Positions 9,806 through 18,632 of a DNA stretch of 64,000 bases are shown one piece after another. Numbering within the stretch: the stretch's first letter is position 1; every line of letters begins with the position of its first letter. Under the pieces are notes generated by a model. That model did no database searches and was not told the DNA's origin. It saw only the letters and a program-made list of their open reading frames with translations. This stretch comes from Bacteroidales bacterium (lineage in GTDB: Bacteria; Bacteroidota; Bacteroidia; Bacteroidales; 4484-276): the NCBI GenBank assembly GCA_036794825.1, contig DAIRGA010000029.1:3075-67074 (forward strand), given 5' to 3'. Both the position numbers and the translations under genes were made by a program.

Positions 9806-10819
9806 TCATAATCGTGCTGTTAACTTTTGGGTGTTGATATCTAATGCGCATTTAAAATGCCCTTCGGGACATTTAGTATAACCATGTAATCCACATGGCC
9901 GGCAGTCGAGCTTTTCATCAATTTCAACTACAGCGGAGTCTTCAGAAAGGGGTCCGAATCCAAAAGCTGTTACCGTTGAGCAAAAAATTGATGTTACCGG
10001 GGCATTCATAGCGCTGGCAAAATGCTGAGGAGCGCTGTCGTTCACAAAATTCATCCTCGCATCCCTCATTAATGCTGCAGATTCAAGAAAAGTAAGTTTC
10101 CCACACAAATTCAGTGTATTTGGATGTCCGCAACCTATGATGATCCGGTCTGCTGCTGTGTAGTCATTTTTTGCACCGAGAAAATATACATACAAATCAT
10201 TATCTGACGCTTTCAGGAATTCTATCCATTTCACTTCAGGAAATTGCTTCGTAAACCATAGAGATGTTGGTGAAATGGTAATGTAGGCATGGGTTTTCAG
10301 GTGAGATACTTTCGCAAAATCGTTCTGCGATGGATAGAGCCGCACCGGATAGTTTCGGCTGCAATCGGTGAATGAATCGATAAGCGACAGGTTTCGGTGG
10401 ATTTCGTGTTCGCTGCTATCGGGGTTGGCTGATATCCTGTGCTTCAATGCTTTTGTGAAAAAGAGGGAAAAGGGATTTTTGCTGAACCCCACTTTAATCC
10501 GCGAGCCGGACAGCGTGGTAATCAGCCCGGTGGAAGCAAACCTTTGAAGATTTATCACCACTTCATATTTCTCTTTCCTGATCTGTTTGACCAGCGACCT
10601 CATCTCCGTGTATTTATTGTTTGCTTTATCCCAGATTATCACGCGACTCAATTTAGGATGCCCGCTCAGCAAAGGCTCAATTCCCTTTTTAACCAGAACA
10701 TCAATGATTGCTCTCGGGAAAAACGCTGACAACTTTTCAATTAACGGAGTAGCCAGCACTACATCGCCGATGGAGGCGGTCTGGATAATCAGAATCTTAT
10801 GGATTTTATGGTTTTTCAA
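9806..10819 (-). CDS. glycosyltransferase family 9 (LPS heptosyltransferase-like)
   Basis: ILIIQTASIGDVVLATPLIEKL at the N-terminus and NDSAPQHFASAMNAPV near the C-terminus are GT9 hallmarks. Confidence 0.8.
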   Translation of the reverse strand: MKNHKIHKILIIQTASIGDVVLATPLIEKLSAFFPRAIIDVLVKKGIEPLLSGHPKLSRVIIWDKANNKYTEMRSLVKQIRKEKYEVVINLQRFASTGLITTLSGSRIKVGFSKNPFSLFFTKALKHRISANPDSSEHEIHRNLSLIDSFTDCSRNYPVRLYPSQNDFAKVSHLKTHAYITISPTSLWFTKQFPEVKWIEFLKASDNDLYVYFLGAKNDYTAADRIIIGCGHPNTLNLCGKLTFLESAALMRDARMNFVNDSAPQHFASAMNAPVTSIFCSTVTAFGFGPLSEDSAVVEIDEKLDCRPCGLHGYTKCPEGHFKCALDINTQKLTARL

Positions 10820-10833
10820 AATACTAGTCCATT

Positions 10834-11649
10834 TTAAACCGGGACGTCATAATCGCGCAAAGCCTGGTTAAGTGAGGTTTTCAGACCGGTTGAGGGTTTG
10901 CGTTTTCCGATGATCAGCGCACATGGAACCTGGTATTCGCCTGCAGGAAAGGTTTTGGTGAAATTTCCAGGAATCACCACTGACCCTGCAGGAACGTAAC
11001 CCTTGTATTCCAGAGGTTTTGAACTGGTTACATCAATTATCCTGGTGGATTTTGTAATCACGACATTAGCCCCAAGAACAGCCTCCCTCTCTATCCTCAC
11101 GCCTTCAACCAATATGCACCTCGATCCGATAAAGCAATCATCCTCAACGATTACCGGCGCAGCCTGAACAGGTTCCAAAACACCGCCGATCCCCACACCA
11201 CCGCTTAGGTGCACATTTTTACCGATCTGCGCGCACGAACCGACTGTAGCCCAGGTATCTATCATCGTTCCCGAATCCACATAAGCCCCGATATTCACAT
11301 ACGAAGGCATCATCACCACACCTCTGCCGAGATATGCGCCGTAGCGGGCAACCGCATGAGGTACAACCCTTACGCCAAGCTCTTTATAATTACGCTTCAA
11401 AGCCATTTTGTCGTGAAATTCCAAAACACCCGATTCGGTAGTTTCCATATTCCGGATCGGAAAATAAAGAATTACTGCTTTTTTCACCCATTCATTTACT
11501 TGCCATCCGTCGCTCGTTTTTTCGGCACATCGCAGGGCGCCTTTGTCGAGCAACTCAATTACAGATTCGATAGCCTGAATGGTAATTGGTTTATTTAATA
11601 ATTCCCGGTCATTCCAGGCTGCGTTAATTCGGAGTTCTAATTCATCCAT
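10834..11649 (-). CDS. dapD: 2,3,4,5-tetrahydropyridine-2,6-dicarboxylate N-succinyltransferase
   Basis: The 271-aa short DapD form, with left-handed beta-helix hexapeptide repeats (GAYVDSGTMIDTWATVGSCAQIGKNVHLSGGVGIGGVLEP). Confidence 0.85.
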   Translation of the reverse strand: MDELELRINAAWNDRELLNKPITIQAIESVIELLDKGALRCAEKTSDGWQVNEWVKKAVILYFPIRNMETTESGVLEFHDKMALKRNYKELGVRVVPHAVARYGAYLGRGVVMMPSYVNIGAYVDSGTMIDTWATVGSCAQIGKNVHLSGGVGIGGVLEPVQAAPVIVEDDCFIGSRCILVEGVRIEREAVLGANVVITKSTRIIDVTSSKPLEYKGYVPAGSVVIPGNFTKTFPAGEYQVPCALIIGKRKPSTGLKTSLNQALRDYDVPV

Positions 11650-11669
11650 TGGCGGGCATTTGGTGGCTT

Positions 11670-11677
11670 CAAAATTA
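11670..11677 (-). promoter_or_regulatory. -7 promoter box TAATTTTG
   Basis: TAnnTTTG match 20 nt upstream of dapD ATG 11649. Confidence 0.45.
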
Positions 11678-11695
11678 GAGAAAAATTATTATTTC

Positions 11696-11703
11696 TAATT
11701 TTG
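11696..11703 (+). promoter_or_regulatory. -7 promoter box TAATTTTG
   Basis: TAnnTTTG match 11 nt upstream of the TTG 11715 start of ruvX. It sits back-to-back with the dapD box. Confidence 0.4.
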
Positions 11704-11714
11704 CACGTACAAAA

Positions 11715-12164
11715 TTGGAAAACAAAGATACTTTGGGAAGGATCGTTGCCATAGATTTCGGACAAAAAAGGGTAGGGCTTGCAGTAACCGATGAACTGCA
11801 AATAATTGCCACTGCGCTGGATACCGTGCACGTCAAAGACATATTCGATTACCTGCAGAAGTACGTTTTGCATGAGAATGTGGAGAAATTCGTTGTTGGA
11901 CAACCCCGCAATCTTGACAATTCAGCCTCTGATTCGCAGATTTTTACCGAGCCTTTTGTCCGAAAACTGAAAAAACAATTTCCACAAATCCCTGTTTTTA
12001 GGGTGGATGAACGATTTACTTCAAAAATGGCTAAAGACGTGATTCTCAATTCCGGAATCGGAAAAATGGCCAGGCAGGATAAAAACCTGGTTGATAAAGT
12101 GAGCGCTACGATCATGCTTCAGTCATTTATGCAGGAGCGTTTTCCGACAGAATACATCAAATAA
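11715..12164 (+). CDS. ruvX: Holliday-junction resolvase-like nuclease RuvX (YqgF)
   Basis: GRIVAIDFGQKRVGLAVTD is the YqgF N-terminal catalytic motif, and DERFTS is present downstream. The only in-frame start upstream of the motif is TTG. Confidence 0.8.
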   Translation: MENKDTLGRIVAIDFGQKRVGLAVTDELQIIATALDTVHVKDIFDYLQKYVLHENVEKFVVGQPRNLDNSASDSQIFTEPFVRKLKKQFPQIPVFRVDERFTSKMAKDVILNSGIGKMARQDKNLVDKVSATIMLQSFMQERFPTEYIK

Positions 12165-12173
12165 AATTTTACA

Positions 12174-12740
12174 ATGATACTTCCGATTGTTGCATATGGT
12201 CATCCGGTGCTGAAAAAAGTTGCTGAAGAAATCCCGCAGGATTATCCCGGCATTAACGATTTGATTGTCAATATGTTCGAGACTATGTATTCATCCAGCG
12301 GTATTGGGCTGGCGGCTCCACAGGTAAATCATTCAATCCGGGTTTTTATTGTGGATGCAACACCCCTGGCCGATGAGCATCCCGAACTGACAGATTTTAA
12401 ACGGGTTTTTATCAACCCCATCATTGTTGAAGATTCCGACGAAATGGAAGCCGCTGAAGAGGGTTGCCTGAGCATCCCCAACATACGCGAAAATGTGCTC
12501 CGCCACAAAGAGATTGTGGTGGAATATTATGATGAAAACTGGAACCTGAAGGAGGAAAAATTTGAAGGGTTTGCAGCACGCGTTGTCCAGCATGAATACG
12601 ACCATATCGAAGGTGTTTTGTTTGTGGAGCGCATCAATACCCTGCGCAAAACCATGATTAACCGTAAACTGAAAAACATCTCCACCGGAGAAGTGGATGT
12701 GGATTACAAAATGCTCTTCCCGCTCAGGAAGAAAAAGTAA
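12174..12740 (+). CDS. def: peptide deformylase
   Basis: The three PDF motifs are present: GIGLAAPQV, EGCLSIP, HEYDHIEG. Confidence 0.95.
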   Translation: MILPIVAYGHPVLKKVAEEIPQDYPGINDLIVNMFETMYSSSGIGLAAPQVNHSIRVFIVDATPLADEHPELTDFKRVFINPIIVEDSDEMEAAEEGCLSIPNIRENVLRHKEIVVEYYDENWNLKEEKFEGFAARVVQHEYDHIEGVLFVERINTLRKTMINRKLKNISTGEVDVDYKMLFPLRKKK

Positions 12741-12776
12741 GAAAGAACTTATTCATTAACTATAATTCAAATAGAA

Positions 12777-13319
12777 ATGACCAGAAGATTAACAGGCATT
12801 GTGTTGATTATTACAGTATTGATCGTAGTAACAGGCTGCCAGAGCCCCCGGTCAAAAGCAGTGAAAAACATCGAAAATTTTGAGACCTCGATCTTCGATC
12901 AGAACGGGATGGTTGACCGAACCAAAGTTGGCGAATTGATAGATCTTTACATTGGTTTTGCTGATAATTTCAGCGCTGATACCCTTGCGCCGATTTACCT
13001 TTTCAAAGCTGCCGACATGGCAATGAATACCAACCGCTCCTTGCAGGCCATTCAGCTTTACGAAAGAATCATCGAACAATACAGCGGCTACGCAAAGGCC
13101 CCGGAAGCGCTCTTTTTGCAGGGATATGTTTACGAAAATAACCTGAACCGGCTTGACAAAGCTGAGGAGATCTACAAAAAATTTATCGAACTCTATCCCG
13201 ACAATGATTTTGCCGATGATGCCGAGGTTTCGTTGCAATACCTTGGTAAAACCCCCGAAGAGCTGATTGAGATTTTTCAGCAGCAGTCAGAATCAGCCGC
13301 TGTAAAAGAGGAAGATTAA
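12777..13319 (+). CDS. TPR-repeat lipoprotein
   Basis: Lipobox-like VVTGCQS after a signal peptide, followed by TPR-like helices (AIQLYERIIEQYSGYAKAPEALFLQGYVYEN..., AEEIYKKFIELYPDNDFADDA). Confidence 0.65.
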   Translation: MTRRLTGIVLIITVLIVVTGCQSPRSKAVKNIENFETSIFDQNGMVDRTKVGELIDLYIGFADNFSADTLAPIYLFKAADMAMNTNRSLQAIQLYERIIEQYSGYAKAPEALFLQGYVYENNLNRLDKAEEIYKKFIELYPDNDFADDAEVSLQYLGKTPEELIEIFQQQSESAAVKEED

Positions 13320-13476
13320 TAAGCAGCTCAGCAGGTTTGAAAGCCTGGCCTGCAAGTATAGTGTTGCCCAAGAAGATACAAGATATCAAAGCAGGCAAAA
13401 CTGAAAAAATTGATTTCTCTTTTTCAAGCTGTGTTCCTTAGCACCTTGGTGGCCTTTAATCATTCAGGGCAGGTTG

Positions 13477-14289
13477 CTACTTGACCGGCTTTTCTTCGAT
13501 ATTGAATTCCGCATCAAGGAACTTTTTCAGTTGTGATGGGGTAATATTCAAATTGATTTCACCGCTCTGAAAGCAGGAGATATGTCCGGTTTCTTCAGAA
13601 ACTATGATGGCGATGGCATCGGTTTTTTCGGTAATCCCCAGTGCTGCCCTGTGCCTTAATCCCAGTTCACCGGCCAGGTTTTGATTGCCCGAAACGGGCA
13701 AAATAGACCTTGCAGACTTGATCCTGTTGTTCAGAATAATAACAGCTCCGTCGTGCAGCGGACTGTTCTTGAAAAAGAGGTTCATGATAAGATCCTCAGA
13801 AATCCTTGCATCCACCGCCTGACCGGATTCGGTGTATTGCCTTAACTCGTTGAGCCGCGCAATCACGATAAGTGCTCCGGTTTTGGTGAGCGACATCTTC
13901 CTGCATGCCGAAACGATTGGGTCAACGTCCAGGTTTTTGATTATTCCGGTCGAAAACTTCAGAAATCCGAACCGCTTCCTCATTTTATCCAGAAAGCGCG
14001 GCGTACCGATCAACAGTAGAAACTGCCTGATTTCAGGCTGAAAAACAATAATCAGCGCAATAAAACCTACCGAGATGAATGCGCCAAGGATCTGGCTCAG
14101 CATCTCCATTTCGAGCAACAGAACAATCCTCCACAAAATGAAAATGGAAATAATGCCCAGGAATATGTTGGTGGCTGCAGTACCTTTTAAAAGATTGTAA
14201 AGGACGTACATCAGCACGGCAACTAAAAAAATGTCAATCAGATCGGTGAGTTTGATCTGGATGAATGCCGTAATGAGTAGTTCAGTCAT
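13477..14289 (-). CDS. cdaA: diadenylate cyclase CdaA (c-di-AMP synthase)
   Basis: Three N-terminal TM helices plus a DAC domain (GALIVI, LHDGAVII, LGLRHRAALGITE, VSEETG). I chose ATG 14289 because a -7 box overlaps the TTG 14310 extension. Confidence 0.9.
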   Translation of the reverse strand: MTELLITAFIQIKLTDLIDIFLVAVLMYVLYNLLKGTAATNIFLGIISIFILWRIVLLLEMEMLSQILGAFISVGFIALIIVFQPEIRQFLLLIGTPRFLDKMRKRFGFLKFSTGIIKNLDVDPIVSACRKMSLTKTGALIVIARLNELRQYTESGQAVDARISEDLIMNLFFKNSPLHDGAVIILNNRIKSARSILPVSGNQNLAGELGLRHRAALGITEKTDAIAIIVSEETGHISCFQSGEINLNITPSQLKKFLDAEFNIEEKPVK

Positions 14290-14307
14290 AAATTGGTTTT
14301 GACCGGC

Positions 14308-14315
14308 CAAAATTA
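14308..14315 (-). promoter_or_regulatory. -7 promoter box TAATTTTG
   Basis: TAnnTTTG match 18 nt upstream of cdaA ATG 14289. Confidence 0.45.
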
Positions 14316-14400
14316 ATCAAAAGATACAACTCCGGAAGGCAGCAGCACAAACATTTTCGCCGTTCTGGTGTTTATTGTCTGAAAAGATCAAAAAAGAGTA

Positions 14401-15015
14401 ATGTCAGAAACCAAAAATAAATTCCCTCTATTTCCTTTAGGTTTAATAGTGATGCCCGGCGAAATTCAGCCGCTTCACATTTTTGAGCCACGCTACAAGC
14501 AGTTGATCCGAGATATTGAAGCTGGCGACGGGCGTTTTGGAATACCTTTTATTGTCAACGGAAGAATTTGTCATTTTGGCTCATGCGTTTCGCTGCACAA
14601 GATACTGGCTGTTAGTCCAACCGGCGAAATGGATATTTTGGTCAAAGGGGAGAGCATTATCAGTGTCGAATCGGCCGAGGACATTTTGGACGGAAAACTT
14701 TACGGTGGCGGAACTATAAAGATTTTAAACGAGTTCAATACCGAACCTTCAGATGAACTGATATCAGAATTTAAAAATTACCAAAGTCAGCTGGCCAGAA
14801 TAAATAAAATGGATTTCGAACCGGAGACTGAGGTAGCTCACCCCAAAATTTTGGACATTGCCGGGCAACTGCCCCTGGAAAATGAAGAGAAATACTCGTT
14901 CCTGAAACTCAGTTGCACATCAAAGCGTGAGGAATTCCTCCTCAGCAAACTCAGGTTTCTGCACATGATAAACGTGAAGCTGGAGCAGGTGGGATACCGG
15001 TTCTATCTAAACTAA
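14401..15015 (+). CDS. LON substrate-binding (Lon N-terminal) domain protein
   Basis: FPLFPLGLIVMPGEIQPLHIFEPRYKQLI is the typical start of stand-alone LON-domain proteins. Confidence 0.75.
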   Translation: MSETKNKFPLFPLGLIVMPGEIQPLHIFEPRYKQLIRDIEAGDGRFGIPFIVNGRICHFGSCVSLHKILAVSPTGEMDILVKGESIISVESAEDILDGKLYGGGTIKILNEFNTEPSDELISEFKNYQSQLARINKMDFEPETEVAHPKILDIAGQLPLENEEKYSFLKLSCTSKREEFLLSKLRFLHMINVKLEQVGYRFYLN

Positions 15016-15030
15016 ACCGGATTATGCGAA

Positions 15031-16656
15031 TCATTTATCATCAGGTTGGCGCTCAATTAAAAGCTCTTTAGTACCGTCGTTTTTAAGCCTGAAATACTTG
15101 CCGTTTTCTATAAGCAATGCCTCGGCAACAACTCCCTGAGGATCAATCGGCACGTCAATGGCAATCACTTTTTCATCGTATAATGCTGAAAGTCTGTCAA
15201 CAAACGAATGGGCTATGACGAACTTAGACGCTCCATAAAAACTTGCAATCTGGTTTACTTCCTCCTGAGAAATTTTTCCAATATCCTGAAAGTCATAAAT
15301 ATAACCTCTGTACCACAATGGTCCGAACTTACCGAGGATCAGGTTGGTTTCTTCGGGGAAACGATTAGGATGGGTGGGTTCTTTGGCAAGGAAATTTTGA
15401 AGCAGGAAGTTGATTCGCTCAATGGTGAGATTGTTTCTCATCATCTCTGCTGAAAGTCCGGCATGTCCAAACACACAGCCATTTATGCTGACAATGGTAT
15501 TTCTCGTCCGAAGCCACTGACCAAGCTCAGTTCTCTGATCGAAAAATGATGCATAGTCTTTTGAAAAATAGTTGGTCAACAGCCTGTACTTCTGGCTGAT
15601 GTATCGGATATCGTTGATCAAGGCCATCACTTCATGATTGCCCAGCAGCATATGCACGCGACCACCATGCTTTCGCGATTTTATATCCAGTTGATGAATT
15701 AGCCAAAGGGATTCTGTAACTTCGTCTCCACGATCGAAAAGATCTCCCAGAAAAACCAGATGTCCGTTACCAAAAGTCCATTCCAGACTTTCGTTAATAA
15801 CGCCTGTATTGATAAGGAATTTTCTGAAGGCGCCGCAATTTCCGTGGATATCCCCTAATGCAATCACTTTATTAATATCCTGATATTCCCAGGGATCGCT
15901 CCTTTTTGGCAGAAAAAGCGGATAAATGGCAGTATCTCCGGCAAAACCGGCCACGGTTTTTTCCTTCCCAACCACAAAATAGTCACACCTCATAATTGGG
16001 TAGTTTTTCACACTGTCATTTTTTAAATAAAACATCCTGACTGTTGAATCGGAGTACCATTCAATGTGCGGTCCGTCGGTGATGGGGGGTATGGTAGCGA
16101 AAAAATGGCGCTGTTCGATCGTTTTCACCAGGTATTGAGCCACTTCGCGGTGGTTGGAGGCATTGGCCAGATCGAGCGCAGTGAACCCTGCTTTGTTCCT
16201 GATGTTGGCGTCTGCTCCCCATTCAACCAGAATTTTCACAAAAGCAAGTTTTCCCCGCTCGGAAGCAAAAGCAAGTGCTGTTGGTCCTCCATTAATAATT
16301 GCATCAGGGTTGGCTCCACTTCGGAGAAGCCGCAGAACGATAGCTGGCTGATTGCGCCGGATAGCATGAACAAGAGGCGTCGTGCCATTTCCCGGAAGAT
16401 CAGGGTCAGCGCCATTTTGCAAAAGAAAGTTGATCGAAATGATTGATTTTGCTACGATTGCCTGGCTCAGCAGGGTCATTTCCTTTGGGCCGTAATGCCC
16501 GTTAACAGGATTGTGCCGGATAAACTCTCCTATGGCTGAAATGTTGCCTCTTGATATTGCTTTAAATACATCTTTTTCCTGCAACCTGCCTTCATTTTGA
16601 CCTGATAGCAGGTTTTGAATCAGTAGTATAAAAGTTGTTAAATACCAGAATTTCAT
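15031..16656 (-). CDS. secreted ankyrin-repeat / PPP-family metallophosphatase fusion protein
   Basis: Signal peptide MKFWYLTTFILLIQNLLSGQ. Ankyrin repeats span about aa 55-180 (LLQNGADPDL..GTTPLVHAI, LLRSGANPDA, LVEWGADANIRNKAGFTALDLA). The PPP motifs follow: GDIHG (aa 268-272, nt 15841-15855), GDLFDRG (304-310), GNHE (339-342). Confidence 0.8.
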   Translation of the reverse strand: MKFWYLTTFILLIQNLLSGQNEGRLQEKDVFKAISRGNISAIGEFIRHNPVNGHYGPKEMTLLSQAIVAKSIISINFLLQNGADPDLPGNGTTPLVHAIRRNQPAIVLRLLRSGANPDAIINGGPTALAFASERGKLAFVKILVEWGADANIRNKAGFTALDLANASNHREVAQYLVKTIEQRHFFATIPPITDGPHIEWYSDSTVRMFYLKNDSVKNYPIMRCDYFVVGKEKTVAGFAGDTAIYPLFLPKRSDPWEYQDINKVIALGDIHGNCGAFRKFLINTGVINESLEWTFGNGHLVFLGDLFDRGDEVTESLWLIHQLDIKSRKHGGRVHMLLGNHEVMALINDIRYISQKYRLLTNYFSKDYASFFDQRTELGQWLRTRNTIVSINGCVFGHAGLSAEMMRNNLTIERINFLLQNFLAKEPTHPNRFPEETNLILGKFGPLWYRGYIYDFQDIGKISQEEVNQIASFYGASKFVIAHSFVDRLSALYDEKVIAIDVPIDPQGVVAEALLIENGKYFRLKNDGTKELLIERQPDDK

Positions 16657-16713
16657 CCGATTATCGAATTATCTTGTTTGCTGAATATTCTTTTTGTGAA
16701 GCTTGTTAACTTA

Positions 16714-17748
16714 TTACAGACATTCGATCATCAGTTTACTTCTTATCAACCTCTCGTTGTTTATCAGATAATAAAACTCCTCCAGGTACCCGATGATATC
16801 CCGCTTTTCGCTTTTCGACAGTAGTGGATAGTTATTGATTAACTGATAGATATCTGATTTTTTCGATTCAAAAAAGTTAGCATACTCCTGAAACTGGTCA
16901 AAAGGCCGGCATTGTCCACGGTACACTCTTTCACGAACCGTTTTTGTTCCAAAACGGGGCAGGGGAACGGCATAATGTGAGTTGACCACGCCACACCAGT
17001 CGAAATCGTAAGGGATTGCATGAGGTGGCTCACCCGTAACAATATCGAAAAGCTGTATGTTGTGCTGAGTTGTAACCGCCCAGTCGGTGTTTCCAATCAT
17101 GTACTGAAACATGGAAACCATCCCAATATACCAGAAGTTGGTACTGTCGGGCAGCATATATTTTCTGTCGCTCTTTTTGCAATTTAGCCTGTCTTCAATG
17201 GCTTCATCAGGCTCGACAAGGATAGCCAGGCTGGTTTGAGGCTTCATTTTCCCACTGTCGTCAATATAGGTTATTTCGGTTAATCTGGCCCGGTAGCTGG
17301 TATCGCTGAGCAGGTTGAATATCCTGTAAACCAGATATTCCCTGACAATATATTTTTGGTAACTGTTGATGTTTGATTTGCAGTGTGTTACCAATTTCAT
17401 CTTATCAGTTCCCTCAAAGATAGTATTGACGGTTTGTTTCTTTTTGAAATTCAGCCGCAGGGGCGGAAATGAGCAATTCTTCGGATCACGTCTGAATTTT
17501 CCTCGTGTTCTGAGCATCGTTAGGAGTCGCACCGTGTCTCCCTCGTGAACATATTCGACGGTACCCGGATGTTCCTCTCTTTCGTCGCCAACATCCCTTA
17601 GCAGCGATTTCAGGTCAGTCTTTATGGTAAGTTTAAGAATGTCATTTGATTGAAAAAGGGGCAGGGGTGCAGTAGCGACCTTTTCCTGGGAGAATAGCCT
17701 CATGGAGCTTAGAAATAATGCGGAAGCAAGGAATAAGATTTTCTTCAT
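16714..17748 (-). CDS. secreted CotH-like (atypical kinase fold) protein, short form
   Basis: Signal peptide MKKILFLASALFLSSMRLFSQ. The motif GNTDWAVTTQHNIQLF...IPYDFDWCG (aa 217-253, nt 16990-17100) parallels B. subtilis CotH SNYDGFVHNYALY...MPWDYDATWG and the CotH at 54016-56319. The N-terminal PPLRLNFKKK...KMKLV block also resembles CotH. Confidence 0.55.
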   Translation of the reverse strand: MKKILFLASALFLSSMRLFSQEKVATAPLPLFQSNDILKLTIKTDLKSLLRDVGDEREEHPGTVEYVHEGDTVRLLTMLRTRGKFRRDPKNCSFPPLRLNFKKKQTVNTIFEGTDKMKLVTHCKSNINSYQKYIVREYLVYRIFNLLSDTSYRARLTEITYIDDSGKMKPQTSLAILVEPDEAIEDRLNCKKSDRKYMLPDSTNFWYIGMVSMFQYMIGNTDWAVTTQHNIQLFDIVTGEPPHAIPYDFDWCGVVNSHYAVPLPRFGTKTVRERVYRGQCRPFDQFQEYANFFESKKSDIYQLINNYPLLSKSEKRDIIGYLEEFYYLINNERLIRSKLMIECL

Positions 17749-18458
17749 GGTTTTTCTCGTTTCCTTTCCGGCTTGTTTTTCTCCTTCATCGTGAAATGGT
17801 CGAAAGTCATACTTTCGAAGAAATTAGTGGAGAATTTATCCCAGAAATAGTAGATGGTAATCTCTGCGGTTCCCCTGTCGAAGTTGATTTTCCCAATCTC
17901 TACTCTGTTGATTTTTAATCCTGTACGTAGTTCCAGATCATCAATAAATTTAATCTGGTTGGCGGGTTTTATGAGTTCGATATTATCATACAAAATCGCT
18001 TTGCTCGATTCGTGTTTGTAGCTCCAGAAATACTCAATAATGGCAGTAATTACAATGATGCAGATGTTGGCAAATAAAAGCTCGGAATAACTGATTGCGC
18101 GGTCGGAGAGGGCATTCATCACCGAAATTCCAATCACCAGAAAGAGATAAGTCATCTCTTTAATAGGAATTGTATCGGTTCGGTAGCGAATGATGCCAAA
18201 CAGCGCAAAAAATCCCAGGGCAAAACCCAATTGCAACTGCACATTCTGAAGCAGGAAGGATACAAAGAAAACGGCAATACTGATTAGGATATAGGTAAAA
18301 AGATAGTCTTTTCGCCGGGAGTTGGCGTAGTAAACATATCGAACCAAAACCAGTGTAAAAGCCAGATTCAATGAGAATCTGAACACCATTACAAGGAACT
18401 CCTGTTGTTTGAAAAACTCGACACCAAAAAGTTGTAAAGCAGTTAAGAACTGAAGCAT
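17745..18458 (-). CDS. DUF4956-like polytopic membrane protein
   Basis: Four to five TM helices, with the segment GIIRYRTDTIPIKEMTYLFLVIGISVMNAL that I recall as characteristic of DUF4956. Its stop overlaps the next gene's start (ATGA at 17745-17748). Confidence 0.55.
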   Translation of the reverse strand: MLQFLTALQLFGVEFFKQQEFLVMVFRFSLNLAFTLVLVRYVYYANSRRKDYLFTYILISIAVFFVSFLLQNVQLQLGFALGFFALFGIIRYRTDTIPIKEMTYLFLVIGISVMNALSDRAISYSELLFANICIIVITAIIEYFWSYKHESSKAILYDNIELIKPANQIKFIDDLELRTGLKINRVEIGKINFDRGTAEITIYYFWDKFSTNFFESMTFDHFTMKEKNKPERKREKP

Positions 18459-18542
18459 AGGATGTTATCGTATTAGGTTCAACCGTAAGCAAGACAAAAC
18501 ATTGTCCTTAGCTGCAAAGATAACACTTTTGGTTTCGCTGGT

Positions 18543-18609
18543 AAAAACGCAACCCGTCAGAATCAGGCAAGTGATAATGGTGAAATCTACTCATTAGCAA
18601 CGGGTTGCG
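18543..18609 (-). terminator. hairpin terminator with a large loop, downstream of 18633-19499
   Basis: A perfect 10-bp stem (cgcaacccgt 18548-18557 with acgggttgcg 18600-18609) encloses a 42-nt loop. A U-run follows on the minus strand (aaaaa 18543-18547 on plus). Confidence 0.45.
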
Positions 18610-18632
18610 CTTATTATCAGCGGTTCGCATGG

